A stretch of DNA of 64,000 nt, taken from positions 35,726-99,725 of the IMG/VR virus record IMGVR_UViG_3300021057_000011. One strand, given 5' to 3'. The notes under the pieces are model-generated. The model searched no databases, had not been told where the DNA came from, and saw only the letters and a list, made by a program, of their open reading frames with translations. Source of the DNA: a virus. Numbering within the stretch: position 1 is the first letter of the stretch; each line of letters begins with the position of its first letter. Position numbers and translations under genes: made by a program. Shown here one piece after another: positions 53,819 to 62,292 of this stretch.

Positions 53819-53866
53819 TGGGTTTACTCACTTTTGGATTGAGATAGATCGGTAGCGAGGGGCCCG

Positions 53867-53893
53867 CCGGGAGGCCTGCCTTAGGCCTCCCGG
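53867..53893. other. 11-bp stem-loop 3' of the capsid gene (no U-tract)
   Basis: CCGGGAGGCCT/AGGCCTCCCGG; probably an mRNA-stabilising hairpin. Confidence 0.5.
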
Positions 53894-53902
53894 GGGTGTC
53901 TG

Positions 53903-54967
53903 TTAGCGGGTGCCGCGGGTCTCGAGGATCGTGATGCGATCGTCGTTGAGCAGACCGCAGCCGCGGTAGGCCAGCCAGGCGATTTCCTGCCGGCGGCCGA
54001 AGTCCAGGATGCCGTTGTGCCGGAGCTCGGCCTTCATGGACTCAGCAAGCGCCAGGGCACGGTCCCCGAAGAACGCGCTCTGGTAGATGATCTGACCCGC
54101 GACAATCGTCTGGGCCGGGAACTGCAGCGGCAGCAGGTCGGTGACGTTGTAATCGCCGATGAAGGTGTGTCCGACGGTGGCCGCCGGGGTGACGGGAGCA
54201 CCGCCCGCGGCCGGGGTGTAGGTGCCGGGGTGCTTGATCACGGGCAGGGCGGTGGTTTTGATGAAACGTACGTTGTCGTACATTCCCTCTTCGCCGTTGA
54301 ACAGCGCGGTCGAGCCCGCGTAATTGTGCGCCTTTTCCCAGTTGGGATCGTTCTTGAGCTGGCGCAGGGTGTGCGGATGGGCCGCGCACACGAAGTTGGC
54401 TGCTCCGCCGGCGATGGCATCGCGCCGCTCGGGCACGTTGCGGGTGGCGAAATCCTCGGTGATGTCCTTGATGATCTCCGTATCGAGCACATCCCCCGGG
54501 GTCAGCTGCGCGCGGCCGCTGCGGCCGTGGCCGTAGATGAACGTCGGCGTGTCCTGGAAGATCTTCTCGACGAAGTGCAGGTTGCTGGTGTTGGCGTAGT
54601 TCACCGCCAGCTCCCGGTCGATGATCGACATCATGTCATAGGCCGACATCTGGAGCAGCCACTCGGACAGGGCGATGGCCTTGCCCCACTGGCGGATGGT
54701 CAGATCGACATGGGACATGCTGAAATCATCGACAGTCATGTCCGCACCTTCGGTCAGCTCGGAGCCAAAGGACAGGTCATTGACCTTGGGAAATCGGATG
54801 GTCTGGCCGGGCTGCTTGTCCGGCTCGCTGCGGCGCTCGGCCAGCTGCTCGAGGAAGAGGAAGGGCTGCGCGGCGAACAGGATTTCGCGCGAGTGGATCA
54901 CCAGATCGACTTCGCTAAGCGTCGAGCTCACACCCGACGCAGAGGTAATGCCAAGAAGTTTGGGCAT
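53903..54967 (-). CDS. Major capsid protein, N4-gp56-like family
   Basis: GQTIRFPK...LTEG, QWGKAI, HPHTLRQLKNDPNW...GEEG...VRF and DFGR...IAW. Confidence 0.9.
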   Translation of the reverse strand: MPKLLGITSASGVSSTLSEVDLVIHSREILFAAQPFLFLEQLAERRSEPDKQPGQTIRFPKVNDLSFGSELTEGADMTVDDFSMSHVDLTIRQWGKAIALSEWLLQMSAYDMMSIIDRELAVNYANTSNLHFVEKIFQDTPTFIYGHGRSGRAQLTPGDVLDTEIIKDITEDFATRNVPERRDAIAGGAANFVCAAHPHTLRQLKNDPNWEKAHNYAGSTALFNGEEGMYDNVRFIKTTALPVIKHPGTYTPAAGGAPVTPAATVGHTFIGDYNVTDLLPLQFPAQTIVAGQIIYQSAFFGDRALALAESMKAELRHNGILDFGRRQEIAWLAYRGCGLLNDDRITILETRGTR

Positions 54968-54985
54968 GAGTTACATCCTCACGGT

Positions 54986-55804
54986 CTAGTTTTTCGGAAT
55001 CAGGGGGGCATGGAGGCGCTGGCGGGAGCTGCTGAGGAGGGCTTTGCGGTGTTCGGTGAACTCCTCGTCGCTCATCGCCGCGACCTGTTCAGCGGTGATG
55101 TCTGACAGTTGACCGGGAGGGGAACCAATAGCGGGGTCGGTTACGACGAGATTATCATAGGGCTTTGCTGCCAGCGCATCAATAGCGGGGGCAGCGGGAG
55201 CCGCGGCCGGTGCGGGTTCCGGCGTCGGGGCGGGCGCCGGAGGCGGGGCATTTTTGAGCGCGACCAGGCTTTCGAAGTCGTGTTCGGCCTTGAAGGCGTT
55301 GACCCGCTCCTCGGCCTGGGCGTTAAAGGACTCGAGAATCTCCGTGGCCTGGGTCCGAATCTCCTCTTCGGTCTCACCGCCGACGAATTTCTGAAAGGCC
55401 TTGGGCACCTTGATGTCGGCGAAGACTTCCGCGCGCAGAGCCCGCAAATTGGCGGCGCGAGCGGTTTCCTGGGTCTGTTTGAGCGCGTCTTCCAGCTGCT
55501 GCATGCGCTCGGCGGTTTTGTCATCCATTGGCATAGCGGGGGAGTCCTTTTCTGTTTTTTCGGGAGCGGTTTCGAAGGCCGCGAGCTTTTGTTTGAGCTC
55601 GGCGTTGGCGTTTTCCATGGCGATCAGGGCGTTTTTCGAGGTGTCGATCTGGCTGTAGAGCTTGTCTTTTTCCTTTTGCCGGATCGACGATTCGAATTCG
55701 ACCCACTCGGTGGAGCGGCTCTTCTTGACGCGATCGAGAAAAAACAGTCTGTCGTCGGGGGTGAGTTGACCAAAGTAGTCCAGTAGTTCTTGGGGGGTTG
55801 GCAT
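54986..55804 (-). CDS. Capsid scaffolding protein
   Basis: Coiled coil with E/A-rich and Pro-Ala linkers; directly upstream of the MCP; no protease gene seen. Confidence 0.8.
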   Translation of the reverse strand: MPTPQELLDYFGQLTPDDRLFFLDRVKKSRSTEWVEFESSIRQKEKDKLYSQIDTSKNALIAMENANAELKQKLAAFETAPEKTEKDSPAMPMDDKTAERMQQLEDALKQTQETARAANLRALRAEVFADIKVPKAFQKFVGGETEEEIRTQATEILESFNAQAEERVNAFKAEHDFESLVALKNAPPPAPAPTPEPAPAAAPAAPAIDALAAKPYDNLVVTDPAIGSPPGQLSDITAEQVAAMSDEEFTEHRKALLSSSRQRLHAPLIPKN

Positions 55805-55823
55805 GTAGTGTCAGGCGCCGTCC

Positions 55824-56006
55824 TTACTGCCGGGGCTGCTTGGCGATCGGCAACGAGGCCGGGCGCTGCTGAGTGACGTCGCTGCCAGTGGGCGCGTTGA
55901 CCGGCTTCTCGCGGAACGGGGCCGGGTTTTCGATGTTGGTCCGGGTGTCGTTGGGGCCCACCGGACCGGTGACGGGATGCTGAATCAGGGGGTGCTTGGG
56001 GAGCAT
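55824..56006 (-). CDS. Small Pro-rich protein (60 aa)
   Basis: GAGGT SD; between portal and scaffold. Confidence 0.55.
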   Translation of the reverse strand: MLPKHPLIQHPVTGPVGPNDTRTNIENPAPFREKPVNAPTGSDVTQQRPASLPIAKQPRQ

Positions 56007-56015
56007 CGTGTTACC

Positions 56016-57539
56016 TCACGCAGTGTGTTGGGATAAGACATTGCCGGGGCCGTTCCCCAACGCCTGATCGGAAACCTGCCGGACGGTCGCGCCGTTGCGA
56101 GCGACCCCTCCGAAATTGGCCGGTGAGCCGCTGACGGGAATCTGGGACGCGAGCTGGGCGAGCATCTGCGCCATGTAGATGTTGCGCCCGGTGTCCCGGT
56201 CCTCCATCAGCTGATCGATGTATTGCTTCACGTTCGCCACTCCGAGCTGGCTCAGGGCGTCGGCGACGGTAATCAGCCCCATCTGGAGCCGGTTCATGAT
56301 GATGTTGGTCTGAATCAGCTGGTCCATCGGCAGCGGGTCGGGCCAGCAGATGTCGGTGGTGTAGTACTCCTCGAGCTCGTACCAGGTCGAAAAGCTCGGG
56401 CGGGAAAGATGACCGTACTGGATGCCGTATTTGACCAGCAGGCGGTTGACCTGGCTCAGGGCCTGACCATAGGTGAATTGCTTGGTGCGGGTCACTTCCA
56501 GCAGCGGCTGGAACAGGACCTGGAGGGCGGCCCCGGAGGTGTTGGAGATCGCCTGGTCGCCGCCAAAGCCCGCTTTGGGCATTTCCGACAGCATGAACAT
56601 GGTGTCGATCAGGAACTTCAGGTGGTCGTTGGCAGCCTTGAGATCGCCCTTCATCTCGAGGTTCTCGATCTTGACGTCCTTGGGGCCCTTGTTGCCGATC
56701 ACCCACATCTTGCGCGCGCCGCGCTGCATCTGCTTGATCGTGACCCCGTAGGCGACCGTCACCGGCGAGCCGTAGTAGTCGATGATCTCGCTGATGTTGG
56801 TGCTTTTCTCGTTGATGAGCTTGTTGATGGGGATGATGGAAGCCAGGTCACTGGTGCCAAAGGAGGCTCCGGCCTCCGGGCGGTTGCGGAACATGACCAA
56901 CGGCACTTCGCCCAGATTGTGCGGCTGGGAGGAAATCAGGGTCCCGTCGATGTACTGCTGGATGTTCAGGGAATCCAGCCACATCGTCAGGGTGCGCTTT
57001 TTAGTCCGCTGGGTCAGGCCGGAGTCTTCGTTGAGGGGGAATTCAATCTTGGCCGCCAGCAATTGGGAGCGATCGGCCGGGTGGTAGACCGGGGTGACGA
57101 ACATCGGGGGGATGAGCTTGGGAACCGCCCCGCCGGCGTTGTTGGGAAGGACGGCAATCGCGCCGTCGCCGAAAATGCCGCCGAGCTGGGCCATTTCGTA
57201 AGTGAAAATGGATTTGTTGCTCACGCGCCAGACGCGCTCGAGGTACTCGAGCTGCTCGCGGGAGTAGGGCTCTTCGCGGTCCTTGATCGTCCAGCCTTTG
57301 CCCGTGAGAAAGGCGGCCCCTTTGTTGACCAGCAGCCGGGCAAAGTTCAGGGTGATGTTCTCTTCGCCGTCGGTGCGCTCGTGGGCCCAGTGCCGGCCCT
57401 GGTAGAAGTTCCACAGGGTCGCGTAGCGGCCCAGGCGCTGCATGTCTTCGTGCGAGGGGCGCATGGTGAAGGGCTTCCCCAGATCGTTTTCGGGGAAGTA
57501 GGTGCTGACGGTGCTGCCGCGGCCAAAATCGGTGCCCAT
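56016..57539 (-). CDS. Portal protein, SPP1 gp6-like
   Basis: NFARLLVNKGAAFLTG, GIFGDG, HNLGEVPLVMFRN..GTSDL, SNTSGAAL and WPDPLP; TGAGGA SD. Confidence 0.9.
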   Translation of the reverse strand: MGTDFGRGSTVSTYFPENDLGKPFTMRPSHEDMQRLGRYATLWNFYQGRHWAHERTDGEENITLNFARLLVNKGAAFLTGKGWTIKDREEPYSREQLEYLERVWRVSNKSIFTYEMAQLGGIFGDGAIAVLPNNAGGAVPKLIPPMFVTPVYHPADRSQLLAAKIEFPLNEDSGLTQRTKKRTLTMWLDSLNIQQYIDGTLISSQPHNLGEVPLVMFRNRPEAGASFGTSDLASIIPINKLINEKSTNISEIIDYYGSPVTVAYGVTIKQMQRGARKMWVIGNKGPKDVKIENLEMKGDLKAANDHLKFLIDTMFMLSEMPKAGFGGDQAISNTSGAALQVLFQPLLEVTRTKQFTYGQALSQVNRLLVKYGIQYGHLSRPSFSTWYELEEYYTTDICWPDPLPMDQLIQTNIIMNRLQMGLITVADALSQLGVANVKQYIDQLMEDRDTGRNIYMAQMLAQLASQIPVSGSPANFGGVARNGATVRQVSDQALGNGPGNVLSQHTA

Positions 57540-57642
57540 GCCGGTCCTCAACAGGAAGGATGCGAGACCGGTAAGGAATCAGTGGCGGGCGAGAGGGGGA
57601 CCAGAGGGTGTATCGGGGTGTGTCAATGGCTATACTAACGGT

Positions 57643-58458
57643 ATGCATCCGAAATTACAAACGAGGCCCGTGATGACCCCACCCCCTGTGATCGATGAAG
57701 ACCGCGTCAGCTCTGCGTTTCCGATAGACACACCCTGCTCGCTGGGGGACAAAGTTTCCCTGTTGCTGCTGCAGGAAGCGGTGGTGGCCCTGCTGGGGGA
57801 CTACCAGTACTTCGAAATCGGCAGCGGCCAGGGAGGATCGCTCTACCCTCACCTGGTGCAGGCGCGCTGCACGCGGGCCTACAGCCTCGACCCGCGCCCC
57901 TGGATCCATACCGGCACCGACCAGATGGAATTCCCAGGGCCCACCAGCAGCAAGGAAATGGCCAAGACCCTGTTCATGACCCTGTGCGGGGACACCCAGC
58001 TCAAAAAGCTGACGGCGATCGAGGCGACCTCCGATGCGCCGCACGAAACCTTCCGCGAAGCGGGCCGGTCCATCAAGGCCCATTTTTTCTTTTGGGATGG
58101 GGACCCGACCTGGTTTCGGAGTGATTTCGAGCTCTGCCTGCGCCTGAGCCCGCCGCAGGCGGTCTATGTGGTTCAGGGAGCCCCCGGCCTGGCGTCTGAG
58201 CTGCGCGAGATGATCGGACATGTGCTGCATTTGACCGATCAGGTCATGGCCTACCCGCTGGTGGACACCCTGTTCGTGATCACCAAGAACCTGCCGCTGC
58301 ACCGCTACACGCCGCTGCAGGCGCATCTGCTGGAGTACGGACATCTGCCCTACCTGACCGCCCTGCAGGCGCAGGAAAAATACCAGGCCTTTTACCGCCG
58401 GCCTTTGTTTCGGTGGTGGCGGGGGCTGGTGGCGATGCTGAGTGGCAAACGGGCATAA
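57643..58458 (+). CDS. Class I SAM-dependent methyltransferase-like protein (Methyltransf_24-like), opposite-strand moron
   Basis: YFEIGSGQGGSL, SLDP and FFFWDGD; TATACT at 57631-57636 just upstream. An alternative start at 57674 has a GAGG SD. Confidence 0.7.
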   Translation: MHPKLQTRPVMTPPPVIDEDRVSSAFPIDTPCSLGDKVSLLLLQEAVVALLGDYQYFEIGSGQGGSLYPHLVQARCTRAYSLDPRPWIHTGTDQMEFPGPTSSKEMAKTLFMTLCGDTQLKKLTAIEATSDAPHETFREAGRSIKAHFFFWDGDPTWFRSDFELCLRLSPPQAVYVVQGAPGLASELREMIGHVLHLTDQVMAYPLVDTLFVITKNLPLHRYTPLQAHLLEYGHLPYLTALQAQEKYQAFYRRPLFRWWRGLVAMLSGKRA

Positions 58459-58482
58459 AAAAACGGTCCCCGTAGGGACCGT
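58457..58482 (-). terminator. Terminator after the endolysin
   Basis: ACGGTCCC/GGGACCGT stem plus T-run on the minus strand. Confidence 0.7.
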
Positions 58483-58538
58483 CGAACCCAAATGATAACA
58501 ATCGAAACTATCTACTACCCTATCAAATTGCAGCGCGC

Positions 58539-59543
58539 CTACAGCTTCGCCCGGGTGTAGTTCACGCCCCCGCCACTGCTGCGGGCGATCAGGTACTCCT
58601 TGCGGGGCACGGATCCCGCTTCGGCAATCCCGACATGGACCCACGAGCCGAACTCCTCGATCACCTGATCCACCGGCAGATTCAGGGAGTGGATGAAGCG
58701 CATCAGGGCGTCGTTGGTCATGCCCGGGACATGGATGTCCGCCGCCCGGCCGTACATGTGGGCGGAGTACTTTGCTCCTCCGATGGCGCGGTTGAGCTCC
58801 GGGCCGCGGTAGCCGGAGGTCACGACCACAGGCTTGCCGAGGGCTACACGCAGGGGCTCGAGCACGGTGTCGCACAGCCGCTCGAGATTGGCGATCTCCT
58901 TCGGGCCCGGGGTGTTGGGAATGCCCTTGCGCGCGGCGGTTTGAGAGACGGTGAGCTCGGTGAGGGTGAAGTGGGCTGACAGCTGGCCCGGAGGCCCATT
59001 TTTGGCGGGCTTTTCAGGCGGGTGGGACGCTGCGACGGGCAAGGGGGTGGTGCCTTTGACGGAGTTTTGCCGGACCCCTTCCTCCCAGAGATCCGCTTCC
59101 GCCGCCCGCCGCTTTTTGAGCCCTTCGGTGACATTTGTGCCGGGGTTGACGTAGAGCATGAAGGCCTGACGCATCGTGCCCCAGTCCTTGGTGCTGAGCT
59201 TGCGGCTGATGGTCTCGAAGCCCTTGGCATTGTAAAAGCCGGCGCCGAGGTTGTAGGCGAAGCTTTCGAGTGCGGCGATCTGGAGCGGGTGCATCTGATC
59301 GAAATAGGGCAGATTTTTGAGGGCCGGGGTGACCGTGGTGAGGACGTGTGAGGTGAGCTCAGCCTCGGCTTTGTCCTCGGTGATGGTATCCCCGCGGCGG
59401 ACGCGGAGCCCGTCGGCATAGACAGTGGTCCCGTAGCCGATGGTGGCGACATTCCAGCCGTGCAACGGATCGGGGTAGGCCTCGCGGCGGAAGCCTTCGA
59501 AACGTTTGATCAGGGCAATGCCCTCGGGGGTCGGTAGGTTCAT
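58539..59543 (-). CDS. Endolysin: GH24 lysozyme fused to an M15 (D-Ala-D-Ala-type) peptidase
   Basis: IKRFEG..AYPD...TIGYG and GLKKRRAAEADLW; SGYR..LN..GGA..SAH..G.AAD...WVH. Confidence 0.92.
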   Translation of the reverse strand: MNLPTPEGIALIKRFEGFRREAYPDPLHGWNVATIGYGTTVYADGLRVRRGDTITEDKAEAELTSHVLTTVTPALKNLPYFDQMHPLQIAALESFAYNLGAGFYNAKGFETISRKLSTKDWGTMRQAFMLYVNPGTNVTEGLKKRRAAEADLWEEGVRQNSVKGTTPLPVAASHPPEKPAKNGPPGQLSAHFTLTELTVSQTAARKGIPNTPGPKEIANLERLCDTVLEPLRVALGKPVVVTSGYRGPELNRAIGGAKYSAHMYGRAADIHVPGMTNDALMRFIHSLNLPVDQVIEEFGSWVHVGIAEAGSVPRKEYLIARSSGGGVNYTRAKL

Positions 59544-60475
59544 GGGGTGACTCCTTGAGGTTCTGGGATTTCGAGAAAATCGGGCGGCACGGGCAGTAGC
59601 TGAGACAGCGCGGTCGAAAGACGGTCTACCGAGACTTCGTGCACCTGGTTGTAATGCCCGTAGTACAGGCTGTTCTCATGCTTGGAGAGGTACTTGATCC
59701 CAGCATGCTCCACAAACACGAGCTCCTGGCTGAAAAGGAGATGCAGCAGCTCATGGGCCACTGTTTTTCGCATTTCCCGCCAGCCGCGCGTGAAGAAGGA
59801 CGCCCCGACCTGCAGCGCGGTGTGCTGCCGGCCCCGTAGGGGCTGAATCGCGGCATTGGCCTTGTCATCACACATCTCCGCGCGCAGGCACAGGCTGAAA
59901 TCGAACATCCCCAGGGCCGGCATGCAGTCCTGCACGATGTAAGATCCCAGCTTCTCGCCGACCGATTCGGGCAGTTCTTTCTCTGGCACGGGCAGGCGGG
60001 TTGGCGCCAGCTTGGGTTCCTGGGCAATCGGAAACGCCGGGTCCGGCGGCAGCTTAAAGCCCGGCCCGAAAAAAACGGGGACCTCGGGCAGCAACTCAAT
60101 CAGGATCTGGGCCAAGCGCTCGACGGCCACATCGTGCAGGCGCTCGTACTGGCACTTCCAGAAGTCCCATTCCATGGGGCGTAGAAAGGTTTCCAGATCC
60201 AGGGCGGCGTATTTCTGCGGCTGGAAATGGACGTCGGCGAGCAGTTCCGCGAAGATCAGTTTCTGTACGCGCACGGGCTTGATGAACAGGTCCCGGTGGA
60301 AGGACAGATCGAACCAGCGGGAGCCCGGCCCGTAAGCCTTCAGCTCCCGATAAACGCCGCCCTCGAGGGGTTTGGCGTCGACAAAGAGCTCGCAATCGTC
60401 CATGCGCAAACAGCCCAGGCAGGCATCCACATACTGCTGCAGCCGGTCGACTTCGTAGGGGCGAAACTCAGCCAC
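59540..60475 (-). CDS. Tandem zincin-like protein (one intact HExxH, one degenerate)
   Basis: Two similar ~145-aa halves: AELLAD...HDVAVERLA and HELLH...HEVSVDRLS; GTG start after GGAGGA. Confidence 0.7.
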   Translation of the reverse strand: MAEFRPYEVDRLQQYVDACLGCLRMDDCELFVDAKPLEGGVYRELKAYGPGSRWFDLSFHRDLFIKPVRVQKLIFAELLADVHFQPQKYAALDLETFLRPMEWDFWKCQYERLHDVAVERLAQILIELLPEVPVFFGPGFKLPPDPAFPIAQEPKLAPTRLPVPEKELPESVGEKLGSYIVQDCMPALGMFDFSLCLRAEMCDDKANAAIQPLRGRQHTALQVGASFFTRGWREMRKTVAHELLHLLFSQELVFVEHAGIKYLSKHENSLYYGHYNQVHEVSVDRLSTALSQLLPVPPDFLEIPEPQGVTP

Positions 60476-60629
60476 GCTTCCTCCACAGCCGCTCGAGCTG
60501 CTGACGGGTGCGCGCGAGCTCGGGGACCTCGTGCTCCCTGCAGGCGGCGGTATAGCCCCGGTAGAAGCCATACACCGCACTGAGGAAGGCACACAGGGCC
60601 ACGAAGAGGTAAAAGAGTACAGACGGCAT
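60468..60629 (-). CDS. Small single-TM protein (53 aa; holin/spanin-like candidate)
   Basis: MPSVLFYLFVALCAFLSAVYGFYRGY...RTRQQLERLWRKRG; not in the ORF track. Confidence 0.55.
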   Translation of the reverse strand: MPSVLFYLFVALCAFLSAVYGFYRGYTAACREHEVPELARTRQQLERLWRKRG

Positions 60630-60631
60630 CG

Positions 60632-60916
60632 TTAGCCTCCCCCTGTTTCAGGGTGAACAGGCTCGACCAGACAACCCTGAACCCATTCAAGGACAGCATC
60701 TCCGAAGGTCTGTTCACCCAGTTGCTGCATGGCGAGGTCCATGGAGTCCATTGTCACATTCATCGCCGTATCCAGAGCCTCTTCCGTGGCCGCATAAATG
60801 GGGGCCGAGCGAGACACCAGCATCTGGGGTATTCCCACGCAGATTCCGACATAGGGTTGCTTGCCTGGCTCGTGGATGAGGACGACAGCGAATAGAGGAA
60901 GCTCACAGTGCGACAT
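60632..60916 (-). CDS. Hypothetical protein
   Basis: GGAGGA SD before MSHCE. Confidence 0.6.
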   Translation of the reverse strand: MSHCELPLFAVVLIHEPGKQPYVGICVGIPQMLVSRSAPIYAATEEALDTAMNVTMDSMDLAMQQLGEQTFGDAVLEWVQGCLVEPVHPETGGG

Positions 60917-61502
60917 CGTAGATCCTCCGCATCTCTGCCAGATCCGCATCGGTTTCGGGGGCGGTCAGACGTCGGTTTTCCATGACCCAGGCCATGGCTT
61001 TCCGGTAATGCGCCAGTTCGTGCTGGGCATCTGCCAGGGCATGGTGCGGCAGCGGATTCGGCGGCTGGATTTCGAGCGGCACATGGTTGTCATCTAGGTA
61101 CTGCTTCAAATCCCAGCAGTACATCGGCCAATTCGGCGGCAAATCGCTCATCGACCCCTGCAGCCAGCAGAACAGCACCCAGTCGTAGTCACAAAAATAG
61201 CCGCAAAATTGCGGGCTATCAGTCTGTTCGGCGACCCAGGCCCGGATTTCCTTCCCCAGCAGCGCGGGATAGAGCTTGCGGACCGGCTGATCGTCCAGCG
61301 AGGTCATTAGCTGGGGCATGACGTTGTCGTTGAGCCATTTCGTGGTCTCCTCGGGGCACTTCCACACCGCGCGGGAGTAATCCCCGTTGGTCCAGTCCCG
61401 GACGGCATAGAAGGTCTGTCCGTTCTCCGCAGCCAAACCGATGGACAGGAGCTCGAGGGTGCCGGGGTACTCGATGAATTCGCAGTCGATGAAGATCTTC
61501 AT
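60903..61502 (-). CDS. DEDDh 3'-5' exoribonuclease (RNase AS/Rv2179c-like)
   Basis: IFIDCEF, LLSIGL, YDWVLF, YCWDLKQ and HHALADA. Confidence 0.88.
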   Translation of the reverse strand: MKIFIDCEFIEYPGTLELLSIGLAAENGQTFYAVRDWTNGDYSRAVWKCPEETTKWLNDNVMPQLMTSLDDQPVRKLYPALLGKEIRAWVAEQTDSPQFCGYFCDYDWVLFCWLQGSMSDLPPNWPMYCWDLKQYLDDNHVPLEIQPPNPLPHHALADAQHELAHYRKAMAWVMENRRLTAPETDADLAEMRRIYDVAL

Positions 61503-61735
61503 GCAGGAATTTCCACCTTCGCACGGGCCTGTTTGGCGCTTTCCAAACAGGTTTCCAGCGCGAGGATCCAGTCTTCGGGGGTTGTGTCCTCGTCTTCGAA
61601 GGCAAAGGTGAGGTAGTCGAGCTGGGCTTGTGGGGTCGCGAGCTCTTTGTAGATCATCGGCAGCACAGGGACCCCGATAATCGTGCCGTCGTTGTCGAGA
61701 AGGTTTCCGTCGTTGTCGAACACAGGAGCTGTCAT
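61499..61735 (-). CDS. Small acidic hypothetical protein
   Basis: Coupled ORF with overlapping stop/start. Confidence 0.6.
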   Translation of the reverse strand: MTAPVFDNDGNLLDNDGTIIGVPVLPMIYKELATPQAQLDYLTFAFEDEDTTPEDWILALETCLESAKQARAKVEIPA

Positions 61736-61750
61736 AGGGTTACTGTCCTC

Positions 61751-62287
61751 TTACATCTTTTGGAATAGTTCACTGTGCTTGTCAACGGCCGCGAGATAGG
61801 CCGGATGAATCACAGCGTAGAAATCCGCGTCGGAAATATGATCCCAGCTGAACCAGCCCCTCTCGTTCACCAGGCGGGTGTCTCGCCGCAGGAGAGACTG
61901 AATGAGCGGGCCGCTGAGACTGTACTCCTGCACCCCATCCCAGACGCCCAAAAGCCGGCCGAAATCTTTCGGAGCAAAGACCAGATACTTCGGGGTCTCC
62001 CCATCGAAGGCCAGGCGATGCTGCGGGGCGGGCTCGAGAATGTCTTTGATCTCGTAATGGGCGTCGAATTCTTCGTAGGTGATCAGGTGCCGGTGGGGAG
62101 ACTCGTGTTCCCGGGCACTGAACATGAAGGTGTACAGCACGGGCTGATGATTTTCCCACACAAGCCGAAACACCCGGTGGTCCCAGTGGCGGGCGGGGTC
62201 TTTCGGGACTGCGGAAAACCCGGTATCGACCGGAAGATCATGGAAATGGGACCGGACTCGGCGCAGGAGATCGATCGGGGGTGTCAT
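61751..62287 (-). CDS. Hypothetical protein
   Basis: GAGAGGA SD before MTPPI. Confidence 0.65.
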   Translation of the reverse strand: MTPPIDLLRRVRSHFHDLPVDTGFSAVPKDPARHWDHRVFRLVWENHQPVLYTFMFSAREHESPHRHLITYEEFDAHYEIKDILEPAPQHRLAFDGETPKYLVFAPKDFGRLLGVWDGVQEYSLSGPLIQSLLRRDTRLVNERGWFSWDHISDADFYAVIHPAYLAAVDKHSELFQKM

Positions 62288-62292
62288 AAGGA

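Noticed and set aside
29976-57638. Long plus-strand ORFs (e.g. 29976-31673, 43680-45590, 56223-57638)
   Set aside because: They lie antisense to well-supported genes, have no motifs or SDs, and are expected shadow ORFs in high-GC coding DNA.
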